A DNA stretch of 63,985 nt, filler included, from Octopus bimaculoides (lineage: Eukaryota): the NCBI RefSeq assembly GCF_001194135.2. It is 6 parts of 6 records of this genome, joined end to end, with 100 filler letters (N's around TTAATTAATTAA, not from the genome) between each part and the next. Parts side by side here need not be neighbours in the genome. Positions count along the whole stretch, not along the records: positions 40,430 to 53,314 come from NC_068990.1; positions 53,415 to 58,481 come from NC_068997.1; positions 58,582 to 61,170 come from NC_068999.1; 3 more parts are not named here. The stretch is one strand, 5' to 3'. Positions 48,884-60,885 of the stretch are shown here, piece by piece. The translations under genes and the position numbers were made by a program. Under the pieces are notes generated by a model. It was not told where the DNA came from, did no database searches, and saw only the letters and a list, made by a program, of their open reading frames with translations. How positions within the stretch are numbered: position 1 is the stretch's first letter; every line of letters begins with the position of its first letter.

Positions 48884-50775
48884 GTTGAGCAGCAGTTTTT
48901 TTGGAATTTGAGTTGTCGATGACGTAGAGTTTTTGATGTGAGTTACAAAGTTGAGTCTTTTTTGTTGAAAAATTGAGTGTTAATTATTGCTGTTAATTGT
49001 TGATATTGTTCGTGTTTTTTGTGTCTTCTCGTTGTGGGGAAAATGGAGAAAGTACCGGTGGGTGGCCAGAGTTACGCGACCGCGATTGGAAAAGGAACAG
49101 AGAAAGGAAAGCTGGAAATAATCGAAATTAAGGTGGAACCGAAGAAGATGAAAGAATGTGAGAAGTTGCTAGCGAAGGTCGGAGACACACTGACGTTGAC
49201 GCCGCCTGTGGAACTGACAAACGGTGTAAGAAAGAGAACTGTGGTTTTTAAAACCATGAAAATAGCAACTAGAAAGATAGAGCTCGCGACAGTTGAGGAG
49301 ATTGAGGTGTGCCTGAAAGGTATCAGGAAGCAAACAACTTTTGTAATTAGAGTAAAAAAGTATGCCACTGTGGAGGTACGCTTTGCAACAGAAATAGAAG
49401 CAATTAAGAACTCTACGGAAGCTATACGATCGGAGGAATGGGTGCTGTTGCCGTCGTACTGTGGCCTACGTGTGACCAGAGTGCGAGTAGGCAAAGTACC
49501 CCCAGAACTAGAAGAAGCATGGCTGATGACAGCAATAAAGTACAATATGAAGGAAGAGGCCAAAATATTGAAGGCCGGAAGAACACAAAGTGTGGATTAT
49601 TGGGGATATGGAATCGCACTCACTATCCAGGCAACAGTGGAAGACTTAAATAAAATTGATGAGGAGATAGTGCTGCCCGACGAGCTAAGATTAAGNNNNN
49701 NNNNNNNNNNNNNNNNNNNNNNNNNNNNNNNNNNNNNNNNNNNNNNNNNNNNNNNNNNNNNNNNNNNNNNNNNNNNNNNNNNNNNNNNNNNNNNNNNNNN
49801 NNNNNNNNNNNNNNNNNNNNNNNNNNNNNNNNNNNNNNNNNNNNNNNNNNNNNNNNNNNNNNNNNNNNNNNNNNNNNNNNNNNNNNNNNNNNNNNNNNNN
49901 NNNNNNNNNNNNNNNNNNNNNNNNNNNNNNNNNNNNNNNNNNNNNNNNNNNNNNNNNNNNNNNNNNNNNNNNNNNNNNNNNNNNNNNNNNNNNNNNNNNN
50001 NNNNNNNNNNNNNNNNNNNNNNNNNNNNNNNNNNNNNNCAGACGAAGAGGTGACGGAGAAAGAAAGAGAGAAGGCAATTACTAAACAGGTGGATTTACAG
50101 AAGGAGGGAACAGTGCTAATGACGCAGGTTTCCCCAGCGAAGGAAAAAGATTCGAGAGTTCAAACATGCGAGGATGAAATAGAGAAATGGTTTGGAGTTC
50201 AAGAAGGAAATACACCAGTAGCAGAAGAAGAAAAGAAAAAAACCAAGAAGATGGAACAACAAATGGAATTTTGTAACATATTCAAAAAAGGAGACAGAGA
50301 AAAAAATTCTAAAATTCAAGCATATTATAAGAATTAGGTTACCAACAGATGTCTACTCTGAAAATGTGAAGGCCATTGTGGTCGATATGGACACATACGA
50401 GAAGCTAAAAGACATGTGCGGAGACGAAATTGATACGCCCGGAGTAGCGGTGGAGTTCGACGAACTGCCACCAGTGATCGAACTCAGGCGAACAAGAAAG
50501 AAGGAAAAAAATTAAGTGTTTTATGTTATAAATATAATTTTTAAAAAATAGAGAAAAAACAGATAAGAAAAACAATAAAAAAAGTGAACGATGGTAAATA
50601 GTTTATATGAACGATTCAAATGGTACTGCATGGTTATGGGGCCCATGCAGCCATTTCATTTCTTCATTATATAACATTGTCATTCGTTTCATGTTTCGTG
50701 TCCCCATTGTGGTGTTGTGTCTGTCCTTGTAGTGTCCCCCTCTGTGGTATGGCCGTAGTGCCAAATAATGAAAAC
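48884..50775 (+). mobile_element. ORF1-only L1/Tx1-like retroelement, unit 2 (ATG 49043)
   Basis: Close paralogue of unit 1, with the same GTTGAGCAGCAGTTTT head, 5' UTR, ORF1, C-terminal domain (50250-50515 after a +1 shift) and 3' UTR ending CCAAATAATGAAAAC. The knuckle region falls in a gap. Confidence 0.85.
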
Positions 50776-52382
50776 GTTGAATAGCAGTCTTTTGGAGTTG
50801 TGTTGTGATTTTGGTTGAAGAAAGCGTTCAACGCGGTGAGTTTTGTTGAAATTGTTTAAAGCATTGTTTAAATATTATCGTTAATATTTATTGTTGAAAT
50901 TGTTTTTCCTGCCCATATCGGGTATGGAAGGAACAACGTATGCTGCGGCAACAAGTAGAAACTTGTCTGCCAATGCAATGGAAATGCAAGAGATACACGT
51001 GGATAAGACAAAATTAGAGAAATACAAAAAATTATTCAAGAAGCAAGGTGATGTTTTAACAATAACACCGCCGAAGGAAGATTTCGAGCGAGCGGAGAGG
51101 AAAATAATAACATACAGAACGCTTAACGTGGAAACAAAGAAGCTAGAAGTGGCAGAGACGGACGAATTAGAGCAGTGCCTAAACGAAGTTAAGCCATTAA
51201 CAACATTTTACGCACGTGGTAGAAAGTTCGGTACGGTGGAGGTGCGATTTACGAGTGAGGAAGAGGCGAAAAAGCACTCCACTGTACGCTTAAGAACGGC
51301 TAGGTGCGTCCTTTTACTTACCTACTGTGGAAGAAAAGCTGCATGTGTGAGAATTGGACGGGCACCTCCTGAAATAGACCCGGAATGGCTGGTTACAGCC
51401 ATTATTCATAACTCCAAAGACGAAGTGGAAGTTTTAAAAGTAGAGAAACCGAGAGAAATCAACTGCTGGGAATCTGGTGTGGATGCACTTATACACATAA
51501 CCCTGCCAGATCTACACAACATAACAGAAGAATTGGAGCTCCCCGACGAAACACGACTGAGAGTTGTGGTAGAGGGAAGACCACCAATATGTTACAAATG
51601 TACAGAGAAGTACAAGTGGAAAAAATAGAGGTCTGTGAAGAGGAGATGGTGGAAGGCGAACACGAGGAGGTGGAGGAAAAGCAGGTGGAGATTGTGGAGT
51701 GCGAGAAAATTTCTCAAGAAACAGATAGAAAGCGTATGCCGACTGAATCGCCGCCAAAGACCCCCCCCCCCCAAAAAAAAAAAGAGAAGGAGAAAAAAGA
51801 CAGAGAAGGAAATGGAAAGACGAAGCTGAGAATCGAACCCAAGATGCAGAACACGAAAAAGAAGTGAAAAGAAAGGAAAATTGGTGGAATTGGTTTGAAA
51901 AGATGATAGACCAGCAGAAAAGAGCAAGGATGGAAGGAAAGGTACTTGGAAAAGTAGAATATAAAAATATCAGAACAGTGGTTTTTTACGACACGGATTT
52001 AGAGTTGGAAAAGACGATTGCAAGAATAAAAGGACTAGTAAGACTTAAACTGGATCCTGAAGCGTTTGAAGAAAAACAGAAAGCTATATTGGTGGAAGCA
52101 CATGTGATGCAGAGACTGCAACAGATGCACCCGGACAAGTTTCAAACAAGTGGATTATACGTGGGCTACGACACCTTGCGAAGTGTAGTAACGGCAGAGG
52201 AGCTGTGGCCACTTACAATTGTTAAAGAAAAAAATGATCATAAACTGTATGAGAGAACTGTTAAATGAAACTGCGAGTTTTGGGGGAAGGAATATTGTAC
52301 TGAGGTGAACTGTGTTGGTGTTAAACCAAACTATTATCTCTCCGTTAGACGAAATTGTGTTGTGTTCAAAAAAAAAAAAAAN
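50776..52382 (+). mobile_element. ORF1-only L1/Tx1-like retroelement, unit 3, divergent subfamily (ATG 50924), poly(A) end
   Basis: GTTGAATAGCAGT head. GTTYAAAT..RGRKFGTVEVRF..VRIGRAPPE..LRVVVEGRPPICYKC (knuckle truncated by a deletion). C-terminal domain 51864-52268. Its own 3' UTR ends in an A-tract at 52368-52382. Confidence 0.85.
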
Positions 52383-52455
52383 NNNNNNNNNNNNNNNNNN
52401 NNNNNNNNNNNNNNNNNNNNNNNNNNNNNNNNNNNNNNNNNNNNNNNNNNNNNNN

Positions 52456-53314
52456 CAAAATAGAATTAATTTTGCAGCGGCCGTCGGCGGTCGTGAAATG
52501 ATTCAATTTAAAATTGAGGAAATACAGACTTTTTACGGGATGATAACAGAAAAAGATGGTGAAGCTAAGATCTCACCTACAAGCGAATTACAAAATAAAA
52601 TAAAAGAAGGTACAATTATTTACAAAACCTACAATTCAGAGACAAAGAAATTTGAACACTTGGAGGAGGGGACAATTGAAAAATGTCTTGCTTCGACAAT
52701 GAATGAAATTAAATACTTGACAAGGGGAACGAAATTCGCAGCTGCGGAAGCAAGGTTCGAGTCGTCCTCAGGTCACATGGTATAGATGTAATGGTTGTTA
52801 CAGAGACGAAGCTGGACAAGCTGCAGGCCTTCTCTGCACTCCTGAACGGCTACGAGAAAATAATTTCTCCTAGCCGGGAGGGAGGGAGAAGAGGGGTGGC
52901 TGTCTTGATCCGCAAAAGCTTGGTCATGCAGGTAAGTACAATCTTCGTGGACCCAGAAGGCGAGTTGGTCGTTCTGGATCTAACATACAGTGGTAAGGCC
53001 TTCAGGCTGGTGGGCATCTACGCGCCTAGTAATACAAGCAAACGGGTTGGTTTCTTTCAACGCCTGGAGAATTTCCTGGTAACATCAAAGACACTAGTGG
53101 TACTAGGTGACTTCAATGCTATACTGGATGCACGCCTGGATAGCGTGGGCTCAACCGATAGAAAAGGAAACTCTTGCCTCATCGATATGGGTCTTTGATA
53201 GATGAGTCCGGACAGGAGGAGATGTGCAAGGCATTTCACAAGAACTTTGCCGCGTTGTTCGGGAGGGGCGGGACGTTGGACCATGGGGATGCCTTACGGC
53301 ATTTTCTGGACGGC
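52456..53314 (+). mobile_element. Internally deleted L1/Tx1-clade element: ORF1 N-part fused to ORF2 APE endonuclease and linker
   Basis: NFAAAVGG..KYLTRGTKFAAAEARF is an ORF1 homologue. It is followed by GIDVMVVTETKL..GGRRGVAVLI..DPEGELVVLDL..FRLVGIYAPS..LVVLGDFNAILDARLD (APE motifs), then EEMCKAFHKNFAALF. Confidence 0.9.
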
Positions 53315-53414
53315 NNNNNNNNNNNNNNNNNNNNNNNNNNNNNNNNNNNNNNNNNNNNTTAATTAATTAANNNNNNNNNNNNNNNNNNNNNNNNNNNNNN
53401 NNNNNNNNNNNNNN

Positions 53415-53450
<36 letters not shown>

Positions 53451-53744
53451 CTGCTTGTTGTCCCCACACCTGTCTTTGTCTTATTTTCTGGAAATTTGAA
53501 CTATATATATATATTGTATGAGATTGTAGTTGATGTTAGATCATTTCAATTAAAATCCATTAAGTGTTGATTAAATTTAAGTTCCGTTACTGGTTATGAT
53601 AAATGGGTTTGCTGTTTCTGGGTTTTAATTCTTAATCATTTTTGACATTTCTATTAATTAGGGGATATCAACAGAAATGAGATTTTACTTCCAGTAAAGG
53701 ATAAAGATTTATCCAGGATTTATGCTTGGAGATCACAGGAAGTT

Positions 53745-53874
53745 AACATATGCAGTTGGGGGCTCCAGGGCACGCTATTCTGCTGTGAGCAAATTTATTT
53801 AAATGACACAGGTGCAACTTTCTGACCAAAACCTTATGAATGGATTTGGTAGAGAGAAACTAAAAGACGCCTGT

Positions 53875-53880
<6 letters not shown>
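53745..53880 (+). mobile_element. SINE family B fragment, degenerate
   Basis: GGGCTCCAGG..CTGACCAAAACCTTATGAATGGATTTGGTAGAGAGAAACTAAAAGACGCC. Confidence 0.65.
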
Positions 53881-53908
<28 letters not shown>

Positions 53909-54624
53909 GATATACATTTGTATATATATATATATATATATGTGTGTGTCTGTAGGTAAAGAGTTAATGAGTGTGTGTGTGTTATATAAATAATATTTTC
54001 AGGATTAAATAAAAAGACAACAAATGGAAAATATGATATATCTGTGTGTGTATATATAATTAAAAAAAAAACGTGGGCCAAAGACTAGCCATATGCTTGA
54101 AACTCAGAGTACCAAGGAGTCTGACAAACTGTTTTGATCTATACATATGTAAATAAGATTAAAAAATTAAGGTTAAGAAAATACATGTTGAAGACAGTAT
54201 CGAAACCTTATTATCCCACCCGAGGAGTTTTTTATGCACTGTGTGTTGCATCTGATGTTATCGCATCGTTCCACACCCACAAGGGAGCAGTGCAGCTTGA
54301 AGATGAAACAATTGTTGTGGTAATGTAAATTTTTTTGCTGGTACATTGTCTTCTCTTTTTATCTTATATATATATATATATATAATTTTACATTCCAGAA
54401 TCTTCCATAACTCTATAATTTTCATTTCTTTTTCTGTCACTTTCTTTTTCTTTCTGCATCTTTTCTGCAACAAAGAAGCTATATCATCACTTATCCTTCA
54501 AAGAGATGCCCCCCCCCCACCACCACCACTACCACCAATGTATTAAACAGAAGAGATGAATGATGATTAGTTTGAAGCTATGCACATTGTACTTTGTTTG
54601 CTTAAACCCTTCAACACCTTATGC

Positions 54625-54720
54625 CAGGGGTTTTCAAACTGTGGTCCACGGACCACAAGGGGTCCACAAGGACAAGACAGGGGGTCCGTGGACAGCAAAT
54701 ACTTTTTATGGGCAATTTGA
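54625..54720 (+). mobile_element. hAT (Charlie-like) terminal fragment
   Basis: CAGGGGTTTTCAAACTGTGGTCCACGGACC..GGGGTCC(A/G) resembles hAT TIR and subterminal repeats. No partner end was found. Confidence 0.65.
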
Positions 54721-55054
54721 TTTTATATATGAAGGGAAAAAAATTTTGTACCAAGATTTAACATGAAATTACAGGAACAGGGAGGGGACTTACATACACA
54801 TGTGACTTATACACCTGTAAATATGGTAATTTCAGTGGGACCAATGCTGGCTTTATCTTCCACTACTCTGGGATGAAGTAACTTTAAAAATACTAGACTA
54901 ACATTAATGGGGGTCAAATGAATCAAATAGAGACTTCACCTATAAAGGATTGTTTAGATGTCAAAATAAGGATTTATTTCATCTTTATCCTTTACTTGTT
55001 TCAATCACTGGGCTGTGACTATGCTGGGGCACCACCTTGAAAAATAAGAAAAAT

Positions 55055-55280
55055 AATAATTCTTTCTGCTCTAGGTACAAGACCTGAAATTTCTGGGTGA
55101 AGATATCAGTTGTTTATATTGACCTCAGTGCTCAACTGGTACTTATTTTATTGATCCGAAAAGGATGAAAGGCAAAGATGACCTCAGTGGTATTTGAACT
55201 CAGAATGTAAAGAGCCAGAAGAAATACTGCTAAGCATTTTGTCTGGCATGTTAACAATTTTGGTAGTTTACCACCCTAAT
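55055..55280 (-). mobile_element. SINE family A, flanked by family B tail (54985-55030) and head (55305-55375) pieces
   Basis: GGTACAAGACCTGAAATTT..GTGCTCAACTGGTACTTATTTTATTGATCCGAAAAGGATGAAAGGCAAAG..TTTGAACTCAGAATGTAAAG..GCTAAGCATTTTG. Confidence 0.85.
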
Positions 55281-55540
55281 AGAAAAAAAAAAAAGAATTA
55301 CTTTAGATGCCACATAGTGAGATTGAACATGGGACCATGTGATTGCTAAGCAAATATCTTAACCATTCAGCCAAACTGATCTTCCTGTTAACAAATGTTT
55401 TTTAAATATCAAGGAACTGAATAGAAGAAATTAGCTTCCACTAAAACCGCAACAGTCTCAACCAAGTAAAAGCCTCTATATGGTTGCTTGACCTGCTAGA
55501 AATTGTAGTTGAATATCCCTCCTATTTCATTAGACAGCCA

Positions 55541-55960
55541 TCATCATCATCATCATCATCATCATCATTTAATGTTCCTTTTTCCATGCTGGCATGGGTT
55601 GGATGATTCAATATGAAGTGATGAGCCAAACTCTAGTGTCAGCTTTGGTATGTTCTCTATGGTTGGATGCCCTTCCTAATGCCAACACTTTACAGAGTGT
55701 ACTAGGTGCTTTTTCCCCCCCATGATACCAGCACTGGTGAGGTCACTGAGTACCCACAAGGTCATCGAGTACCCTTTAACTGAGCTGGGTATAGTATTGA
55801 GGAATATGAAAGTATGATAAATGGACAGATGTTGGTGCCTTGAAAAAAGTAAGAATGAATGAAAATAAGAGGTGAGGGTCATAAATGGTAAGCCATTGGT
55901 CATAAATCTGCCAGATCGAGATTGACCGAAAGGATGGCTTGTGTGTATGGAGAGTGATGG
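55541..55960 (-). mobile_element. Interspersed repeat with RTE-type 3' tail ending in (GAT)n
   Basis: (CAT)n-TTTAATGTTCC.TTTCCATGCTGGCATGGGTTGGA..GGTTGGATGCCCTTCCTAATGCCAAC. The GGATGCCCTTCC motif and trinucleotide tail are typical of RTE/SINE 3' ends. Confidence 0.7.
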
Positions 55961-56636
55961 TGGAGCTGAACAACAACAACAACTACAGCAGTAGCAACAA
56001 CATCAACAGCTGTGCACATTTTATTTAAACTCTGAATTTATGTTGTTAGAATATGGACAGCACTATTTTTCCTTTTCTCTAAAATATAGGGTCTTTGTGC
56101 ATAATCCAAAAGAAACAAATATATCAAGTAATTAAAATCTATAATTGCAATCAATAAACACCATATTTAAAGACAATACAATCTAATATTTTAGAAAATA
56201 ACACTTTTCTGCTATTGTCATAGCTACCATATTTTTGACTAGTTTTCTGTTCAACAGAAATCTTTTATACGGAATTAGTCCAAGATTCTAAAGAAAATAA
56301 ATACATTTTAGAATCTGTATAATTTTAGATTCAGAAGTTAACTGAAAAAAAAACAAAAAACTAAAAAGAGTGGTGGTGGGGGAAGTAAATTTAATTTAAA
56401 TAAATTAGTATTAATTTGAATTTAGAATGAATTGAAAAATACAAAAAAATAAGAAAAAATACATTAATGAAACTAACTTCATCCAGCTCAAAAAATATAT
56501 AAATAGATAAAAAAAAACAGTGAAATAAAACAAGAGCTAAAGAAATTTTAACCTTAAATGATAGGAAAAGTGTCATGTGGAAACAATTAGATGTGATAAT
56601 TTTTTGATTTAGAATAAAACAATAAAACTAACACTA

Positions 56637-56696
<60 letters not shown>

Positions 56697-57016
56697 NNNN
56701 NNNNNNNNNNNNNNNNNNNNNNNNNNNNNNNNNNNNNNNNNNNNNNNNNNNNNNNNNNNNNNNNNNNNNNNNNNNNNNNNNNNNNNNNNNNNNNNNNNNN
56801 NNNNNNNNNNNNNNNNNNNNNNNNNNNNNNNNNNNNNNNNNNNNNNNNNNNNNNNNNNNNNNNNNNNNNNNNNNNNNNNNNNNNNNNNNNNNNNNNNNNN
56901 NNNNNNNNNNNNNNNNNNNNNNNNNNNNNNNNNNNNNNNNNNNNNNTATATATATATATATATATATATACATACACACACACACACACACATATATAGC
57001 TCCCCACCTCTCTCTA

Positions 57017-57052
<36 letters not shown>

Positions 57053-57699
57053 CACATACATACATATATATATATATACATATATATATATGTGTGTGTG
57101 TGTGTGTGTAGAAATCCTGTAAAGGAAGTGATGTTGATTTTAAAATCTTTCCTCACTATTAAGTTTTATAATAACAACCCATTCTGTATTTGTCAGTTAG
57201 CTTACAATGTCATATTGATTTCCTTCCTATACACATATACATATACATACATACATATATATACATATATATATTATATGAGATGAGGTTTCAGATTATT
57301 ATGCTGGGTAAATGAAATTGCATGACCTTCATGCACATTTTTTTGTTTTTTTCTTTCTGTGTCGTTTCCTGAAGGGCGTAAGTAAGTAATAAAAGATCTC
57401 TGTTGGTTTCAATGAAGAATATTCAGTTGTTTGATCAACTGGACTTTCTGCTCATTGAATTAGCAAACAAAACGGTTGGATATTCCAAAGACACATCTCC
57501 CATGTTCTTAATGTAATTCTCAGGTAGATTCCACATGACATAGCATGTGACACGTTTGCACCTTTAAATTACAGGTAGAATCCATCAAGTGAAGGCACAT
57601 GGATTACTGCTGCTATTACTACTACTACTATTGCTGCTGCTGCTGCTGTTGTTAATGCTGCTGCTGCTACTGTTGTTGTTGTTGTTGTTGTTGTTAAGG

Positions 57700-57930
57700 T
57701 GGTGAGCTGGTGGAATTGTTAGCATGCCAGGCAAAATTCTTAAAGGAATTTTGTCTGTTTTCATGTTCTGAGTTCAAATTCTGCTGAGGTCAACTTTACA
57801 TTTTGTCCTTGTTTTTGGAGAGGGGTGGGGATCGATGAAATAAGTACCAACACAGCTCTAGAGTTGATGTAATTGGCTAACCCCTCTCCATGAAATTGTA
57901 GGCCTTGTGCCAAAATTAGAAGCCATTCTT
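57700..57930 (+). mobile_element. SINE family A, following a (CTG/GTT)n tract
   Basis: GGTGGTGAGCTGG.GGAATTGTTAGCATGCC.GGCAAAAT..GTTCTGAGTTCAAATTCTGCTGAGGTCAACTTT..AAATAAGTACCA..GGCCTTGTGCCAAAATTAGAA. Confidence 0.88.
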
Positions 57931-58581
57931 CTTATTATTGTTCAAGCAACCAGATTGAAATCTCTCCTTGAAATTGTTGGCCTTGTTGACTATTCCCCAC
58001 CCACACCAAATGTCAGGCCTTGTGTCTATGGTGATATCTAAGACCACATAAATAAAATTATGTTTTAATTTCATTTTTTTAAGATGTCAGAATAGGACTT
58101 CAAGGGAAGATTTGGCTGCTATATCTAGCAGCTCCAGGGAAGATTTAGAAGCCCCTTTATCAACTTGTCCAACAGTTTCCTTTATGTATTAACTGATGAC
58201 AACTAACATAAAGGTATTAAAATGTAAGGATTTTTGGTTTGTTTGCTTAGTGGACAGATGGAAGGGAACTTATGTAAATGTTGCTAGAAATATATGGTGA
58301 TATTACGTGAGATCTCACACGCTTGATTGTGTAATATCTCATGCGTGAGAGCAACACAATAAAATCTTAATTATAGGAGAAAATTGACAAAATAAATAAA
58401 TAGATAAATAAATAAGAGATTCAAATGAAATACATTGTTATTTAAAATTCATTTCCTACCACCACCACCACCACCACCACCNNNNNNNNNNNNNNNNNNN
58501 NNNNNNNNNNNNNNNNNNNNNNNNNTTAATTAATTAANNNNNNNNNNNNNNNNNNNNNNNNNNNNNNNNNNNNNNNNNNNN

Positions 58582-58619
<38 letters not shown>

Positions 58620-59029
58620 GTGTGTGTATGTAAATGTCTGTTAGATTTTAGTAATGTCAGCACAAGCGCTTAACAGCAACGAGTAATAATAGTACCTCTC
58701 CATAATAACACATCCCTAGCTCTAGTTATATGGGAAGGTCATCACCGCCAGCACCCAAGCATCGTTCTACGCCACCAAATATAAAAGTCATTTCTAGTGT
58801 CTCAAATTGTAACAGCTCAATTTACCCACCTGAAATACTTCCCCCGAAATGAATCGAAACCAACTGCAGACTTTCAAGGTGATTGTCCGATCCGCTACAA
58901 ATCATTCGCAACAATCTTTCCCTCTGAAAGTACACGACTTCTCCTTATGTGTAAAATGACAAGGCATTTCCTTCTACCCCGATAATTCGACGTTGTAGTT
59001 ACGACGGGATTATTTTTGATAATAGTGCT

Positions 59030-59058
59030 GGTGCTGGTGGTGGTGGTGGTGGTAGTAA

Positions 59059-59094
<36 letters not shown>

Positions 59095-59410
59095 ATCAGA
59101 CTTGAACTGGGGCCGAAATGTCTATCACCTTAAGGATAACACCACATATATATCTTTTTTTGTTTTGCGTATTTCTACTACTTCCCATACAACAACAACA
59201 CTTACCACTGTCCACTCTTTCACTACCCTTTTAATACTATTCGTCCTCCTCCCCTTCTTCCTCCTCCACTTCTTCCTCCTCCTCTTCTACCTCCTACTAC
59301 TAATGTTACGATGGCAACGACGACGACAACATCCACCACCACCATTCACACTAATAATAATTACTAATGCAGCTACTACTACTACAACTACTACCAATAC
59401 CACCACCATC

Positions 59411-59446
<36 letters not shown>

Positions 59447-59800
59447 GGTGCTACATTTACTACTCCTACTGCTACTTGTACTACCATAACTATAAGTATT
59501 ATTAGTCCTACTACCACCGCTACTATCAGTCATAGTACTACTAAAACCACCACAACAGCTACTCCTACCCATACCAGTACTATTAATGCTACTACCACAG
59601 ACGCTACTACTACTAGTATTACTGCTGCTACTGCTGCCACTACTACCACTCTTAGAGCTACTAACGATTATACTATTACTACTACTACAACTACCACTGC
59701 TATTGCTACCACCACTACGACTACCACTTTAGTACAGCTGCTACCACTACTACCAGAACTACTACTCTTATAACCACCACCACTACTACTGTAGCTAACG
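59030..59800 (+). repeat. Degenerate (ACT)/(ACC)/(GTA) trinucleotide low-complexity tract
   Basis: Seen directly in the sequence. It produces spurious poly-Thr/Val/Ser ORFs. Confidence 0.9.
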
Positions 59801-60191
59801 CTGCTAAATATATCACAGACGACAACGTTAAGTTCGACAGCCTCTACACCGCCACCCTTGGCTACTAGCGCCAATACTACAGTGCACCAGTGCACCCCGG
59901 TTATGTTGCAATGTTTGCACCACTCACTCACCCCGCTACTCTCTGCCTCTCTCTTTCTCTCTCTCTCTCTCTCATTTACTACAGCAAATATTTGATATTT
60001 CATATTTGATATTTGATACCTGCCACGTGTGAGTGGGGTTGGGGTCTGATCCAGTTACGACATGAACGTATATATCTGATCGAATGCAGCGTATAATGCA
60101 GGAGGATAATGTTGAAGGGGGGGGAGAGACGGGATGATGAGGTAGAACAGGAGACTGAAAGATTAGATGTAGAATGATGAAGGACACAGGA

Positions 60192-60236
<45 letters not shown>

Positions 60237-60507
60237 GAAAGAAAACAACGCAGCGATAATGATACCTCCATGCATAATTGAAAGAACACACGCATATATA
60301 TAGTTAGGCAAATACGGTTATATATATATAATGCATATAGATATAAATTATATACCTAAATACATTATATACATAAATAAGCATATGTGTACGTTTAAAT
60401 TATATGTATAGATATGTATACTTATATATAAATATATAGATATATGTACACTTGTGTTTATGCATGTATATGTATGCGTACATAAATAATATAAATGTAA
60501 ATATGAA

Positions 60508-60675
60508 TGTAGGAGCGGCTGTATGTTAAGTAGCTTGCTTCACCAACCACATGCTTCTGGGTTCAGTACCACTACGTGGCACCTCGGGCAAGTGTTTTCT
60601 ATGATAGCCTCGGTGTTTTCTATTATAGCCTGGTGAATGGATTTGGTAGACAGAAACTGAAAGAAGCCTGACGTG

Positions 60676-60712
<37 letters not shown>

Positions 60713-60885
60713 CTGTGTTTCCCCGACATCGCTTGACTATCGATGCTGGTGTGTTTACGTCCCCATAACTTAGCGGTGCTAAGCTTAGAAATGTCCTGGG
60801 TTCGATTTGCTCGACTAAAGGAGGTGCTCCAGCATGAACTCTGTCAAATGACTGACACAAGTAAAAGAATAAGAGAATAAAAGAA
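60508..60885 (+). mobile_element. SINE family B, well conserved, full length
   Basis: GGCTGTATGTTAAGTAGCTTGCTT, GGGTTCAGTACC (B box), GTGGCACCTCGGGCAAGTG, internal (TA)(TG)n, tail GATTTGCTCGACTAAAGG.GGTGCTCCAGCATG..AAGTAAAAGAATAAGAG. Confidence 0.93.

Noticed and set aside
47097-52382. Interpretation of the train as an LTR/DIRS element or as a host zinc-knuckle gene cluster
   Set aside because: There are no TG..CA LTR pairs, PBS or tyrosine recombinase. The poly(A) end, nonsense/frameshift lesions and adjacent homologous ORF1+APE point to a non-LTR origin, although domestication of some copies elsewhere is not excluded.
59102-59773. 223-aa Thr-rich mucin-like ORF
   Set aside because: It is a degenerate ACT/ACC microsatellite with no credible start, signal peptide or splice context.
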